From NCBI GenBank assembly GCA_050084985.1, contig JBITNC010000001.1, forward strand, positions 127,348,001 to 127,412,000: a stretch of DNA of 64,000 nucleotides, read 5' to 3'. Origin of the DNA: Nageia nagi. Taxonomy: Eukaryota > Plantae > Pinophyta. Under the pieces are notes generated by a model. The model had not been told where the DNA came from, made no database searches, and was given only the letters and a program-made list of their open reading frames with translations. The translations under genes were made by a program, and so were the position numbers. Shown here piece after piece: positions 1-12,400 of this stretch; within the stretch, counting starts at the first letter, position 1, and each line of letters starts with the position of its first letter.

Positions 1-590
1 AACATAATCCTGGGAAACCTCTTATAGTGCATAGTTGGAAAAAGCCAAAATAATGGGATTTAGCCTTATCACACGCTGAATTTACATATAACAACTCAAT
101 GGATAAGTCGATAGGTAAATCCCCTTTTCAAATTATTTATGGTCAAAATACTAGAGGTGTATTAGATTTGATTGAGTTACCAATTGGAGAACAATTTAGT
201 GATGATGCATAAGCATTTGCTGAGCATATCTAGAAAGTTCAAGGGTCAGTGAAGGAAAAATTGCATAGTAGTAATGCTCATTATAAAGAGTTTGTTTATG
301 CACATAGAAGGATGAAAGTCTTTGAAGAAGGTAATATGGTCATGGTTCATCTTAGGAAAGAAAGATTTCTTAAGGATACATATAACAAATTGAAACTTAA
401 GAAAATTGGGCTATGTAGGATTTTGAAGAAGATGAATGATAAAACTTATAGAGTGGAGTTGCCTAATGAATTTGATAGTTCACCTATTTTTAATGTTTCT
501 AATTTATTTCAGTATCTCAGTGTTTACAAGGATGGTGAATTATAGGGGATAGTAAACTGGGTATGAAAGATGCCTAAGAAGAAAAAGGAC
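1..590 (+). mobile_element. Ty3/gypsy integrase C-terminal remnant
   Basis: Degenerate 'AEFTYNNS...GKSPFQIIYG', then ORF 249-545 'FEEGNMVMVHLRKERF..KLKLKKIGLCRILKKMNDKTYRVELP..SPIFNVSNL', typical of gypsy integrase C-termini; in-frame stops upstream. Confidence 0.85.
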
Positions 591-606
591 AAAGTTACAT
601 AAGTGC

Positions 607-815
607 TTCCACTCTATAGGCGTTATCATTTATCTTCTTCAAAATCCTGCATGGCCCAATTTTCTTAAATTTCAATTTCTTATATGTCCCCTTAGGAAAT
701 CTTTCTTTCCTAAGATAAACCATGCCCATATCACCTTTTTCAAACACTCTCATCCTTCTATGTGCATCAGTAGACTCTTTGTAGTGAGCATTACTACTCT
801 GCAATTTGTCCTTCA
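607..815 (-). mobile_element. Inverted second copy of the same gypsy integrase segment
   Basis: ORF 595-825 (-) aligns with ORF 249-545 ([48 protein letters not shown]). Confidence 0.85.
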
Positions 816-1789
816 TTAACATCAATTATTTGAATTGTAGGTGGCTAATGTGACCTAAAACTTGATAAAGTATTCAAGAGATGACAAAGTGGTTCAAGAT
901 GTATACAATGCATGCAAAAATATTAAATAAAGCATAAATAGAGATAGATGAGATAAAATGGAGAAAAAATATTCAATAATAAATAATTCATTCTATATTA
1001 TGTATGGATATGGTACAAGAATAATACAACTATAATTAATATAGGATTGTATGGTAGGTTGTATTTATTATGACATGTATATATGTATTTTCTTAGTTAG
1101 GACAAAATAATGGATATTTATATAATAAAATCTTTTTATTAAGGATGTGTAATGGGATAGAAATAATCCATTATGTATCATTATATAGTTGATTATTATA
1201 CTACAAGAATATAGTAAGATTTTGTCCTCTTTACTTGTGAACATCATTTTCAAAAGGCATATATGTAAATATACTAAAGAGATATATCATGCAATAGTTA
1301 GCCTTGTATAAATATTTTTGTTAATGATAGAATTATCAATGATTTGGTTTCTCATATTTTATGACTAATTTATTTAAATGAATTCATATGCCTAAAGGTA
1401 ACTAGAGAGTGTTAGTAATATTTAGGTATCATGTGATGAAAATAATTATTAGGTGAGGTGTCAACTAATGAATTCAACAATGATATAAACTAATGTTAGA
1501 ATTATAAAGGATGATAATTGGTGTTTGCATCATCAAGGATGATAAGATGATATTAATAGCCAAGTGGTAATCAATGAGAGTCATCATCAGATGATGAATA
1601 ATATGTTAGCTTTTGAATATGATAACATGTATGTTTTTACAACTAGTCATATTGGACTTAATTATGGAAGACAATATCATCTTCAATAATAACAACAATA
1701 TTCATATGAGATATCATTATCAATCAACTATTGGAGGAACATCATGGATGTCTAAACCAATGTTCTTTGAAGCATAAATCATACCTATA

Positions 1790-2630
1790 TACAAAACTAG
1801 GGATGAAAATAATCTATCTACTTTTAGAACTATTATGACATGTCCTTAATCAATTCTATGGTAGTATTCTAGAAAAGAAAAATAGAAATTAACTTAATAA
1901 CAATAAATTATGAGCTAAAGGCTAATTCAATTTTAGAAGCAAACATTAAACAACTGATTATATCCTCACTTTTGAATTATTACTTAAATCTATTGAAATG
2001 ATAAAAAAGAACTATTTGCTTTCTTTATGGATTTAGAGAAAGCCATTGATATTGTCCCCATGGGTAAATTTATAAAGTGTATAGTCAACTTCAAAATATC
2101 CTCTGAATTAAGATTTGAAGCTTATAGACTTTATGAAAACTAATAAAGTGTGGTATGAGGAAATTAACTATAATATTTTACTTAAACAAGGATTTTCACT
2201 ATATTACACAACTTTGTTTAGGATTTACATATATCAACTAGAAAAATATTTAGAAGAAGCTAGGTGTGCATGCACCAACCTTTGTAACTTGATTGTTGTT
2301 CTATTACTTTATGCAAATGATATTTGATTTTTAGCTAGACATTATGACAATATTGTAGAATAATTAAATATTCTTTAAATTTTTGCAATATATTTGGTTT
2401 AACAATTAGTGTATACAACTAAAATTATGATTATTAAATCTAAAAATATGCTTCATCTAAGAATCTTCTTTAACAATCAACCTCTAGAGTTGATTCACTC
2501 TTACAAATACTTAGGTAAATCATGAACTACATTAGAATTTAGCTATTGAAAAAAAAAATCTTTGTTTGATGGAAGGCTTTTTATAGTTTGAAAAATAATT
2601 GTAAAAAATATGAAACTTTGGGATTATGTC
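1790..2630 (+). mobile_element. Degenerate RTE-like LINE reverse transcriptase
   Basis: Motifs FRTIM (~1822), FMDLEKAIDIVP (~2025), KQG..TLF.IYI..LE and LLLYANDI (YADD equivalent; ORF 2115-2327), and YKYLG (~2502); frameshifted. Confidence 0.7.
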
Positions 2631-3217
2631 ACATCCTACAAAAGACATCCAATGTTTTTAGCTATTATGGGAGGTAAGTATTTACTTAGGATCAAGTCAT
2701 CATTTCTTCTATGTGTCTCTTAAATTGAATGTAGAACTTTCATAACATTATTTAAATAAAAAAATTCAACACCGTTTTAAATTATAGAGAAGAGGAAGGT
2801 CTAAATTATAGAGATAATTTTTGTTTGTACCTTACCTCAAGCTTAATGTTCTCCCTTGAAGAACCCCTCTTAAGATTTGTGATGAAGATCTTCCTTGTCT
2901 TAGTCCAATTGTTAACCTAAGGGACCTTACCTAAGATTTCTTAACTGAGAAATTTGAAATGGCATATTTTTAGTTTTATAAAAATAATTAAGATGATGAA
3001 GGCATGAGTTCTTTCCAACTCATTGTATCTATCCTTTTATTGTCAATATATATATGAATTTTTATGATTTTTATAAGCTATGGTTAGATAATCTTATACA
3101 TGATCCACACTATGCACTTATCTTGGTAGATTTCATGATTATACCACTCACATGGAAAGAGCTTATTCAAGTGCCTATGGGGAATAGCTATATGTATTAT
3201 CTGCAATGAAGTTTTGT

Positions 3218-3721
3218 TGTAAAAATATAATAATAATTATTGTCACACATTCACAAAATGAATCAACAATGGAGAAAAACCAACACACCAATAGAATATC
3301 TTTATTAAGTCTTAAAAAGTGTTACACATCCAACAAGAGTTTACACAATGCTATGATCTCAAATAGATCAGTACAATCCAGAATCAACCTGACAAATACA
3401 AGAGAAACAAATTAAATACACAATGATAAAAAATGAGAAGATTAACCAAAGGATTTGATTCTTTAGTTCCACACAACAAGGAAAATAAATCGACATTGAT
3501 GAAATGCGATAGTGTTTTCAATCCTCTTCGCAAAAATGGGAATGCAATTAGAAATTGGTGCTTATGCTATTTAAAACATCCCAAACATTGTCCCTGCTGA
3601 AACACCATCATGTTTTCATGAAACATATTCACACTTTGAAAATGGTAACACATTTTGTTTAACCCCCTATGATTAATTAAAAATACCCAAAGAGGAAAGA
3701 TGTTGAGGTATAACTCTAACA
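3218..3721 (-). repeat. 3' LTR of copia A
   Basis: Matches 20872-21372; adjacent ttatccccct is the reverse complement of a PPT. Confidence 0.8.
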
Positions 3722-3734
3722 TTATCCCCCTTGA

Positions 3735-4560
3735 TGTTGAGAGGTCCCATCAATGAATCTTTCAGCTTCAAAAAATGAGCCTTTGCAATACCTTTCATGA
3801 ATAAATCCACCAATTGATCATTTGCATTACAATATATTAGCCCAATTTATTTTTCACCATGTCACAAATGAAGTGATATTTCAAGTCACAATGCTTGGAT
3901 ATGGTATGGTGAACTGGATTCTATGCCAAATGAATGGAATTGATGTTGTCACAAAAAAGAAGAGTTGATCGATATTGTTTCTAACCTATTTCTTCAAGTG
4001 GCTTCTTTAGCCACAATGCTTGTGCTCTAGTTGATGTCAATGCAATATATTCAGCTTCAGTTGATGATAATGCCATTGATCCTTGCTTCTTTGATCTCTA
4101 AGTGATTAGTCCTAAACCTAGTGAGAAATAATTGCCACTTGTGTACTTGCTATCATCAAGATTGCTCCCCTAATCACTATCACTAAAATCAAATAATTCC
4201 ATCTTCTCAGTTTGATAATAATGGATCCCAAAATCAATGGTGCCTTTCACGTACCTCAAGATTCTTTTGGTTGGCTTTAGGTGTACAAATGGCTCACTCA
4301 TATATTTTGACACCAATGAAACTGCATAAGCAATATCAAGCCTAGTGTTTGTAAGAAATATTAGGCTTCCCACAATGCTTCTAAACTCAGTCTTGTTGGC
4401 CTTTTCAATTGCATCATCCTTGCAAATAAGCTCTCCATGAGCAATGGGGATAGCAATAGGATTACAATCAACTATTCCAAAAAGTTTCAACATGTCTCTA
4501 GCATACTTTGTTTGACAAACAAAAAGCTCTTCACTATTTTGGTGTAATTCTATGCTTATG
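3735..4560 (-). pseudogene. Copia A RT C-terminus/RNase H remnant
   Basis: ORF 4170-4493 FRSIVGSLIFLTNTRLDIAYAVSLVS..KRILRYVKGT..FSDSD, followed by SSTEAEY and DQLVDLF.K motifs. Confidence 0.9.
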
Positions 4561-5700
4561 AATTAAAAAATTTTGAAGATTAAAAAATTTAGAGATTAAA
4601 AAATTTTAGAGATAAAAAAATTTAGAGATTAAAAAATTTTAGAGATTAAAAAATTTAGAAATTAACAAATTTTGAGTTATCACTAGCAATTAAAAAATTT
4701 TAAAGATTAAAAAATTTAGAGATTAAAAAAATTTATATATTAAAAAATTTAGAGATTAAAAAATTTTAGAAATTAAAAAATTTAGAGATTAAAAAATTGA
4801 GTTTAAAAAATTTAGAGATTAAAAAAAAATAGATATTAAAAAATTTTCATTCCTTTAATGAAAGTTTTTTGTTACTATCTTGAAATTCGTCTCTTATTTT
4901 TAAATAACTCAAAATTTTTTAATCTCTAAATTTTTTTAATATCTAAATTTTTTAATCTCTAGTGGTAACTCAAAAATTTTTAATCTCTAGAGTGGTAGAT
5001 TCCACGAAACTAGTTTTGAACATAGATTGAGAAACATGTAAATTTCATTCCTTTAATGAAAGTTTTTTGTTACTATCTTGAAATTCATCTCTTATTTTTC
5101 GATTATTTTTTAGAAGCTACTAGTGATAACTCAAAATTTTTTAATTTTTTAATCTTTTATTTTTTTATCCTTTTTTAGAAGCTGCCAATGATAACTCAAA
5201 ATTTTTTAATCTCTAAAAATTTTTAATCTCTAAATTTTTTAATCTCTAGAGTGGTAGATTCCGTGAAACTAGTTTTGAACATAGATTGAGAAACTTGTAA
5301 ATTTTCATTCCTTTAATGAATTTTTTTGTCACTATCTTGTAATTCATCTCTTATTTTTCGATCATTTTTTAGAAGCTGCCAATGATAACTCAAAATTTTT
5401 TAATCTCTAAAAACTCAAAAAATTTTAATCTCTAAATCTTTTCATCTCTAAATTTTTTAATCTCTAAGTTTTTTAATCTTTAAAAAAAAATTTAATCTCT
5501 AAATTATTTAATCTTTAGGGTTAGGGGTTTAGGGTTTAAAGTTTAGGGTTTATGGTTTAATCTCTAAAATTTTTAATCTCTAAATTTTTTAATCAATTGA
5601 TGAGCAATAAATTCTGCGAAACTAGTTTTGAACATAGATTGAGAAACTTGTAAATTTTCATTCTTTTAATGAAAGTTTTTTGTTACTATTTTGAAATTCG
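4561..5700. repeat. Composite minisatellite/foldback array
   Basis: 16-17 bp unit AAAAAATTTAGAGATT over 4561-4845 and its reverse complement over ~4900-5595. Larger block TTTCATTCCTTTAATGAAAGTTTTTTGTTACTATCTTGAAATTC at ~4845, 5043, 5303 and 5657. Confidence 0.9.
5514..5558 (+). repeat. Short interstitial telomere-like (TTTAGGG)n tract
   Basis: tttagggttaggggtttagggtttaaagtttagggtttatggttt. Confidence 0.7.
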
Positions 5701-8700
5701 TATATCATTTTTCCACCATTTTTGAAGTTCTTCTTAGGAGCATAAGAACCCTTCTTTTGGTTATGGTTCTCCTTTTTAAATGAGGCTTCAATAGACCAAG
5801 TGCCACAGATGGATCCTTATGAGTGGTGATCAACATTTTATTGTTAAGTGTTTTCTCATGCTTTAAAAGAAGCTTTGATAGATTTTTCGAAGAGAACACT
5901 TATTTTTCATCATCAAACCTAGTTTCAATAATAATCATAAATTGATTAAACTTAGCAAAGAGGCTTTGAAGGATGATGAAGGTTAGAAACTCATCATTGA
6001 TCCAATTACAACCACACCCCACAAGCTAAGTCCTAAGGTCAACAACCTTATTCATATATATAACCATAATTTTATTTTCCTCTTGACATGATTGAAGCAA
6101 CTTCTAAAAAATGGTGAACATCCTAAAAAATTTAGTACCAAGATAGATACTCTTAAGTTTATCCCAAACTTCCTTTACAGTATTTAAAAAAATATCATGA
6201 AGAGGATCTCATCCGAAAATGTATGAAAGATCATAGAAGTTGCCCAATCATTCTTAGTATTATAAGCTTCAAGTTCTTTCTCACCAGATGGAGCAACTTG
6301 ATTTTTATTAATAATCATCCAAAAATTGTATGCTTGAAGTTCTACCTTCATCCTTGGTTTCCAAATACCATAGTTGGAACCATCCAAGATATGCTTGTGT
6401 GCAAAAGAGTCTCTCATTACTCCAAAATAATATGAATGAGATAAATAAAGTAAACATACATGTTGCATTTAAAAACAAATACATGTTTAAAAACTATTCA
6501 ACAAATCAAATGCTTAATTGTTAACAAAAATAATAATCATGCATCCAACATCTTCACCACCAAATATAACCAAAGAGAGGAAGAAGTTGAAGCTTATTTT
6601 CTTGTTAAAATTAGGCCTTCATTTGAATGCCTTCAAAGAGTCCAAGTCCTACCAATCCTCAACCAGTTCTTCTTGAACAGTAATATACTCTTACAAGGAG
6701 AAGTACAAGCTATTTTTCAAGGTTGTGACATATGTTAGATCAACCAAATTAATTATTTTGATTAAATTTTTAATTTTCCTTCTAGGTTATCAGGATAATC
6801 TTTGAATGGACGAACTAACATGTAGTATTACTACACACATGCCTGTCCACCTATATGAAGTTAAATCTAAACCAATAGAAGATTTAAGGGCAATTAAGAA
6901 GTATGAACTTTTCACCACTTAGATTGTTAGATTAAAAGACTCCAATCCGACTTATCTTCATCTCATAGCTCTCTAAACAAGTCATGTTACGAAAAAATCA
7001 TGCAAATGTGTTCATTTTAGAGTGAAGCAATTTTCAATGTTTACGTACTTTACATATAAAGTAAAAATGCAAAATAAATAAAGTGTTTTAAAAAATAATC
7101 TACATCTCACATTATCCATAAGTATGAACTAAAGAGTCCAATGGATTTTGTTACAATCCCTAGTGGATCTCTTTACAAAAATTTATTAATTTTAAATAAC
7201 AACAAATTATCATAAAAGTCTAATAGATCTTGTCACAACCCCTAATGGATCTCTTTACAAAAGTTCATTATCAAAAATAAGGAATTCTCCTCCTTGTTAC
7301 TTAAAAATGAATTTAAAATAATTCTTTATTTGCAATTTAACATCGCATTTATAAGCAAGTATTTAAGTGAATTTTATCCAATCACATGTATAGAATCAAA
7401 ATAATAAACCATGTAATAAATAATTTATCCATTCACCAATATGCATTACAACAAAAAATAATGCAAAAAATTATCCAATCACATGTGAGTAATAAACATG
7501 CATTAAGATAGAAAATCATTAATCTATGCATACATAGCATTTATCCATTCATGCATAATTAATCTACCTTTATCTTAATAGCATGCTAAAACAAATCCCT
7601 AAAATAACTTGCACTTAATGTAAAATGATAATATTAGCAAATAAAGAATTATTAATTTTTTTAAAAGGTTATAATTAACCTTAAAAAAATGATACTTATA
7701 GTTAAAAAAAAAATCCCTTCTTTTAAGAAAAATTTCTCTTTTTAAAAAAAAAATATTTTTGATATATATATATATTAAAAAAAATGTATTAAAAAACTTA
7801 AAAATAAAAATTTTATATATATATAAACTTAAAAACTTTTTTTTTTAATTACAAGGGTGAGGGGGCTGGCCACGTGCCCCCCTTCTCCCTTATTAAAGAT
7901 ATAGGAGGAAAAAGGGGGGCTAGCCGCGCACCACCCCCTCACCTCCCCCTCCATTATAAAGGAGGAAAAAAGGGGCTGGCCGCGCACCTCCCCCGTCCTC
8001 CATTATAAAAGAAAAAAAGGAGGGAAGGGGGTGGCTGCGTGCCCCCTCCATTATTCCTTTTTTTCTTATAAAAAAAATCTGCAAAAAAAAATTAAAAAAT
8101 CTGTTAAAAAAATAGTAAAATTATTAATTATTATTATTATTGTTAAAAAAATAGTTTGTTTAATAATATGTAAAAATATAATTTTTTGCATTTTTTTTAA
8201 TTTACATTGTAAAAAAATTCAATTTTTTTTTGTAAAATATGTAATTTTTTTCAAACTATAAAAAAAAATACAGTTTTTTTATTTTTACATATATATAGTA
8301 ATATAAAACAAATTGCTTTAATAGTATTATAAAAAAAATTGCAAAAATTTTACCTATTTTACATTAAGTAAAAATTTGCAAATTTAAACTATAATAAACT
8401 ATTATTGTTAAATTTAAGCAAATCTATTTGCTACACATTAACCAATTTAAAATTTCAACTAACAAACTATTGTTAGTAAAAGTAATGCATAACAATAGCT
8501 TATAAAAAGAACTAACATGTTAGTGTAACTAAAAATATAAAAATAATATCTACTTTGAACAAATTTTGTTAAATAAAATTTTATAATAAAATAACTACAA
8601 ATTGGTTAGTAATAAAGCAAAATTTGATAATGAACAAAGGTAGAAGGAAAATTATACCTTCAAACTTTTTTTTACCTCAACAAAGTAGATGGAGAAAGAG

Positions 8701-9213
8701 GAGGAATGGACCTTCAAAGATGCTAAAGTGAAGCTTCTAAGAATAGCTTTGATGCCATTTAAAGAAATTAACCCTTTTTGAATTAACTTCTAATCTCCTA
8801 AGATCTCAAGAATGCACTTTCAACATCAACACAATAGCACAATAACTAAGCCAATCACACAAATAACACAAAATATAAAATGGTTCCTCCCTCCTTGGGA
8901 TTACGTCCACTAACTAAGATCTTCTTATCCTCAAAGACCTCTCTTACAAAACCTTTTCTTTCTCTCACACTCTAAACCTATAACAAAGCTTGCATTACAA
9001 TTGTGTAATTAGAGAAGGAGGGTTCTCCTCTTTTTATAAGAAGAAACCCACTATATAATTAATCCATTTTTTATTTTTAATCCTTTACATATTTTTAATC
9101 CTTCTCCTATTTTTAATCCCTTAATACTTTAAGGTACCTAATGATACTTTAAGTATTAAGTGAATTTATATTAAAGAAAAATATTACACAATATTACATT
9201 ATAAATTCTCACA
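5701..9213 (-). mobile_element. 3'-truncated copia D (5' LTR, PBS, intron-containing leader, gag); same family as element F
   Basis: LTR 8760-9213 homologous to 50296-50765. PBS 8746-8757. gag ATG at 6417 (MRDSFAHKHILDGSNYGIWKPRMKVELQA), colinear with ~49485-50195. Confidence 0.9.
6420..8657 (-). other. 2238-bp GT-AG intron in the 5' leader of copia D
   Basis: Minus strand gtttgaag|GTATAA...tattttggAG|taATGaga; the homolog F reads gtttgaag|caATGgga with nothing in between. Confidence 0.8.
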
Positions 9214-9429
9214 CTTAAATGGCCTACAAGTGGAGCATCATGCATGGCTGTAATTATAGCTTATTTTAACTTTGATTTAGGTACTAAAAACACTCTTCCT
9301 TTGGAAAAAATCAGTCCTTCTTTATGGTTGAACTTGTCATCTTCAACTTGCCCATTTATTAGTTTAGAACAAAAATTATTCTTCATATATTCAACCATAA
9401 TTTTCACCTTCCAATTGGCAGAATAATGG

Positions 9430-12400
9430 AAAGAGAATGAAAAGTAGAGTGCCTAAAAAGTGCATCAACAGCTGAATTCTTCTTACCTTTTACAAACTCA
9501 ATTTCAAAATCATATGATTGCAACTTTGTTATCCATTTTTGTTATCTTTCATTTACTTTAGATTGCCCCAAGAAATATTTCAAACTGTTATGATTAGTTT
9601 TGACTACAAACTTGCCACACACCAAGTATTGCTTGAATTTGGTCAAGGCATGCATGATAGCTAGCATCTCTTTATCATAGATGCTGAAAGTTTTCTCCAC
9701 ATTTGAGAGCTTTCTACTCTCATAAGCAATGAGACATCCTTGTTGCATAAGTATAGCTTCAATTCCCACATCTGAAGCATCATAAGCATTAGTAAAAGCA
9801 ACAAAAAAATTAAAAATAGCAAGTAAAGGAGTGGAAGTCATTCCATCCTTTAGCTTTAGAAAAGCTATAAGAGCCTCATTCAATCATGAAAAAGCTTCTT
9901 TCTTAGTCAATTCAGTAAGAGGGGTAGCCAAAGAAGAAAACCCCTTAATAAACCTCCTGTAGTAACTACATAAACCCACAAAACCTCTTAATTCTATTAG
10001 GTTGGATGGTATAGGCCATCTTTGTACAGCTGAAACTTTAGTTTGATAAACTTTCACCCTATCTTTGCAAATAATATGCCCCATGTACAAAATTTCAATT
10101 TTAGCAAATTCACACTTAAATTCTTTTCCATAAAACTCTTGCTATCCTAAAATGCTCAAAACTAAATCTAAAAATTGAAATGATCATCTCAATTTTTGCT
10201 ATATACCAAAATATCATCAAAAAATACCAAGATAAAGTGTCTCAAATGCTAATTGAAAATTTGATTCATGGTTGATTGAAAAGTGGCAGGTGCATTAGTC
10301 AATCCACAAGGCAAACCATAAACTCATAATGTCCATAATGGCATCTAAATGTTATTTTATACACATCCTCATCCCTCATACGAATTTGATGATATCCTGA
10401 TCTAAGATCAATTTTTGAAAAATACATAGCCCCATGTAACTCATTTATCAATTCATCAACTCTAGGAATAGGATATCTATTTTTTATGGTCTTTTTATTT
10501 AATGCCCTATAATTAATGCACATTCTTGTAGTTCCATCCTTCTTTTTCACTAAAATAACAGGTGAAGCAAAAGCACTAAAACTAGGTCTAATGTGTACAC
10601 TCTCAAGCAATCCAACAATTGTTTTCTCAATCTCATCTTTAAAAACCTTTAGATGCCTATAAGATTTTATTATAACAAGTTTACTATTTGCTTCTAATTC
10701 AATAATATGCTAAAAACCTCTACTAGGTGGCAAATCTTTAGGTAGGTCAAAAAATAACTTAAGATGTTTTTGTAGCAAACCTTAAATTTGAGGATGATAG
10801 GTGGTTGATGTTTTTCCTTCTATACTAAAATTATAGCTACCCACTCAATGTCCCTATGCCTCATCATTCTCTCCATTCTTTTGCAAGAGACCTCCAAAAT
10901 TTTGCAAGAATCTTTTAGCCCATTTTCCTTGATTCCTTGCAACACCACATCTTTCCCTTCAAGAAAAAATTTCAATTCTAATATTTGATAATTGGTAACA
11001 TAATCACTAAGTGAATATAACCATTACACACCTAAAACCATATGCAGAATATCTTCTAAGGGAAAAACAAAGAATTACTCATCTACTTCCATGTTGCCAA
11101 AATTAATTTTTATGTTTCTTACCACCTTGTTGCATATGATAAGATCACCATTGCCAATAGCAACACTGAAACCAAGAATGATAGCTATAGGAATATTCTT
11201 TCTAGTGGCAAGCTTCTCATCAACAAAATTGTAAGTAGCACCACCATTTATTAAAATAATAACATTTTCGTCAAAAGATCTACCCCATACTTTAATAATG
11301 CGAAATTGATTTGGCCCACCACTAGGGAACCTTCAGGAACTACCTCATACTCCCTTTATGCTTCCTCTTCCAAAGGTGTCTCATCTGCCTCATAAAAATC
11401 AGAATTATGAAAATCAAAATCAAAATGTAATTCAATTATTTTCATACCTCCTCTGCATTTATGACCTCTTTGCCAAGGAGACTTGCAAATGAAACACTTA
11501 TTTTGTTTCCTTAACTCATCTTGTCAAGTGTGGACCATTTGGGGGCTTATTAGGTGGTTGAAAACCAAATCTAAAACCCTCTTTATGTGTGGGATTCCTA
11601 CCATAAAAATTTCTCTCATTTCCACCTTGTTGCATGAGGTTTCCTAACTATCCATACTGCTATCCAAACCTATTTTCCTAACTGCAAAAGGTGGTCTAAT
11701 AGATGTGTTATGTGTAACATATTTTTGCCTAGAAGGCAAAATAGATTCCAAGATCAAAGCCCTCTTAATGGCATCCTCAGAAGTAATTGGCTCAAAATCC
11801 TTTAACTAGCCCTTTCAAGGATTCCAATAAATCATCCATAAAAAGAAAAATTACCCTCTTGGGTGAAATGTTTTATACCTAAACTAAAAGTTGTTCAAAC
11901 TCCTCCACATAGGCATGAATGGATGAATTTTGTTTTAAAGTGACAATCTCTTTAAAATACTCTTCCACATTCCTCCTTTCAAACCTATTCAAAACCCTAA
12001 CACAAAATTCATCAAATGTATCAATATCACCATGCCCTTGGGTTACTAACCCATGATGCCACCATGAGTAAGCACTACCCTCAAGGTGGAGTGTATCAAT
12101 ATGAATTGCATCAACTTTATAAATAGGATCCAAGGTAAAATAAGTCTGTAATTTTTGAAGCCATGCCCTAGCCGTGAGACCATCTTAACCATTAAATGAG
12201 GGAATGGTCACCTTTTGATGCACTAAAGGTTTCTTTTTCACTTTTTTAGCCTCAATAATAGATTTACCCACAATCTTCAAATATTTATCAAAACAAATTG
12301 TTTCCCTAAAACCTTCAAATTTATTACTATAAGAAGCAAACCATTCATCTAATTCATCAGTTCTTCATCTTCCTCTGGTGAAGGTGGTGGAATAAGAAAC

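Noticed and set aside
4561-5700. CRISPR-like repeat/spacer pattern
   Set aside because: Eukaryotic context, spacers are themselves repeats, and there are no cas genes.
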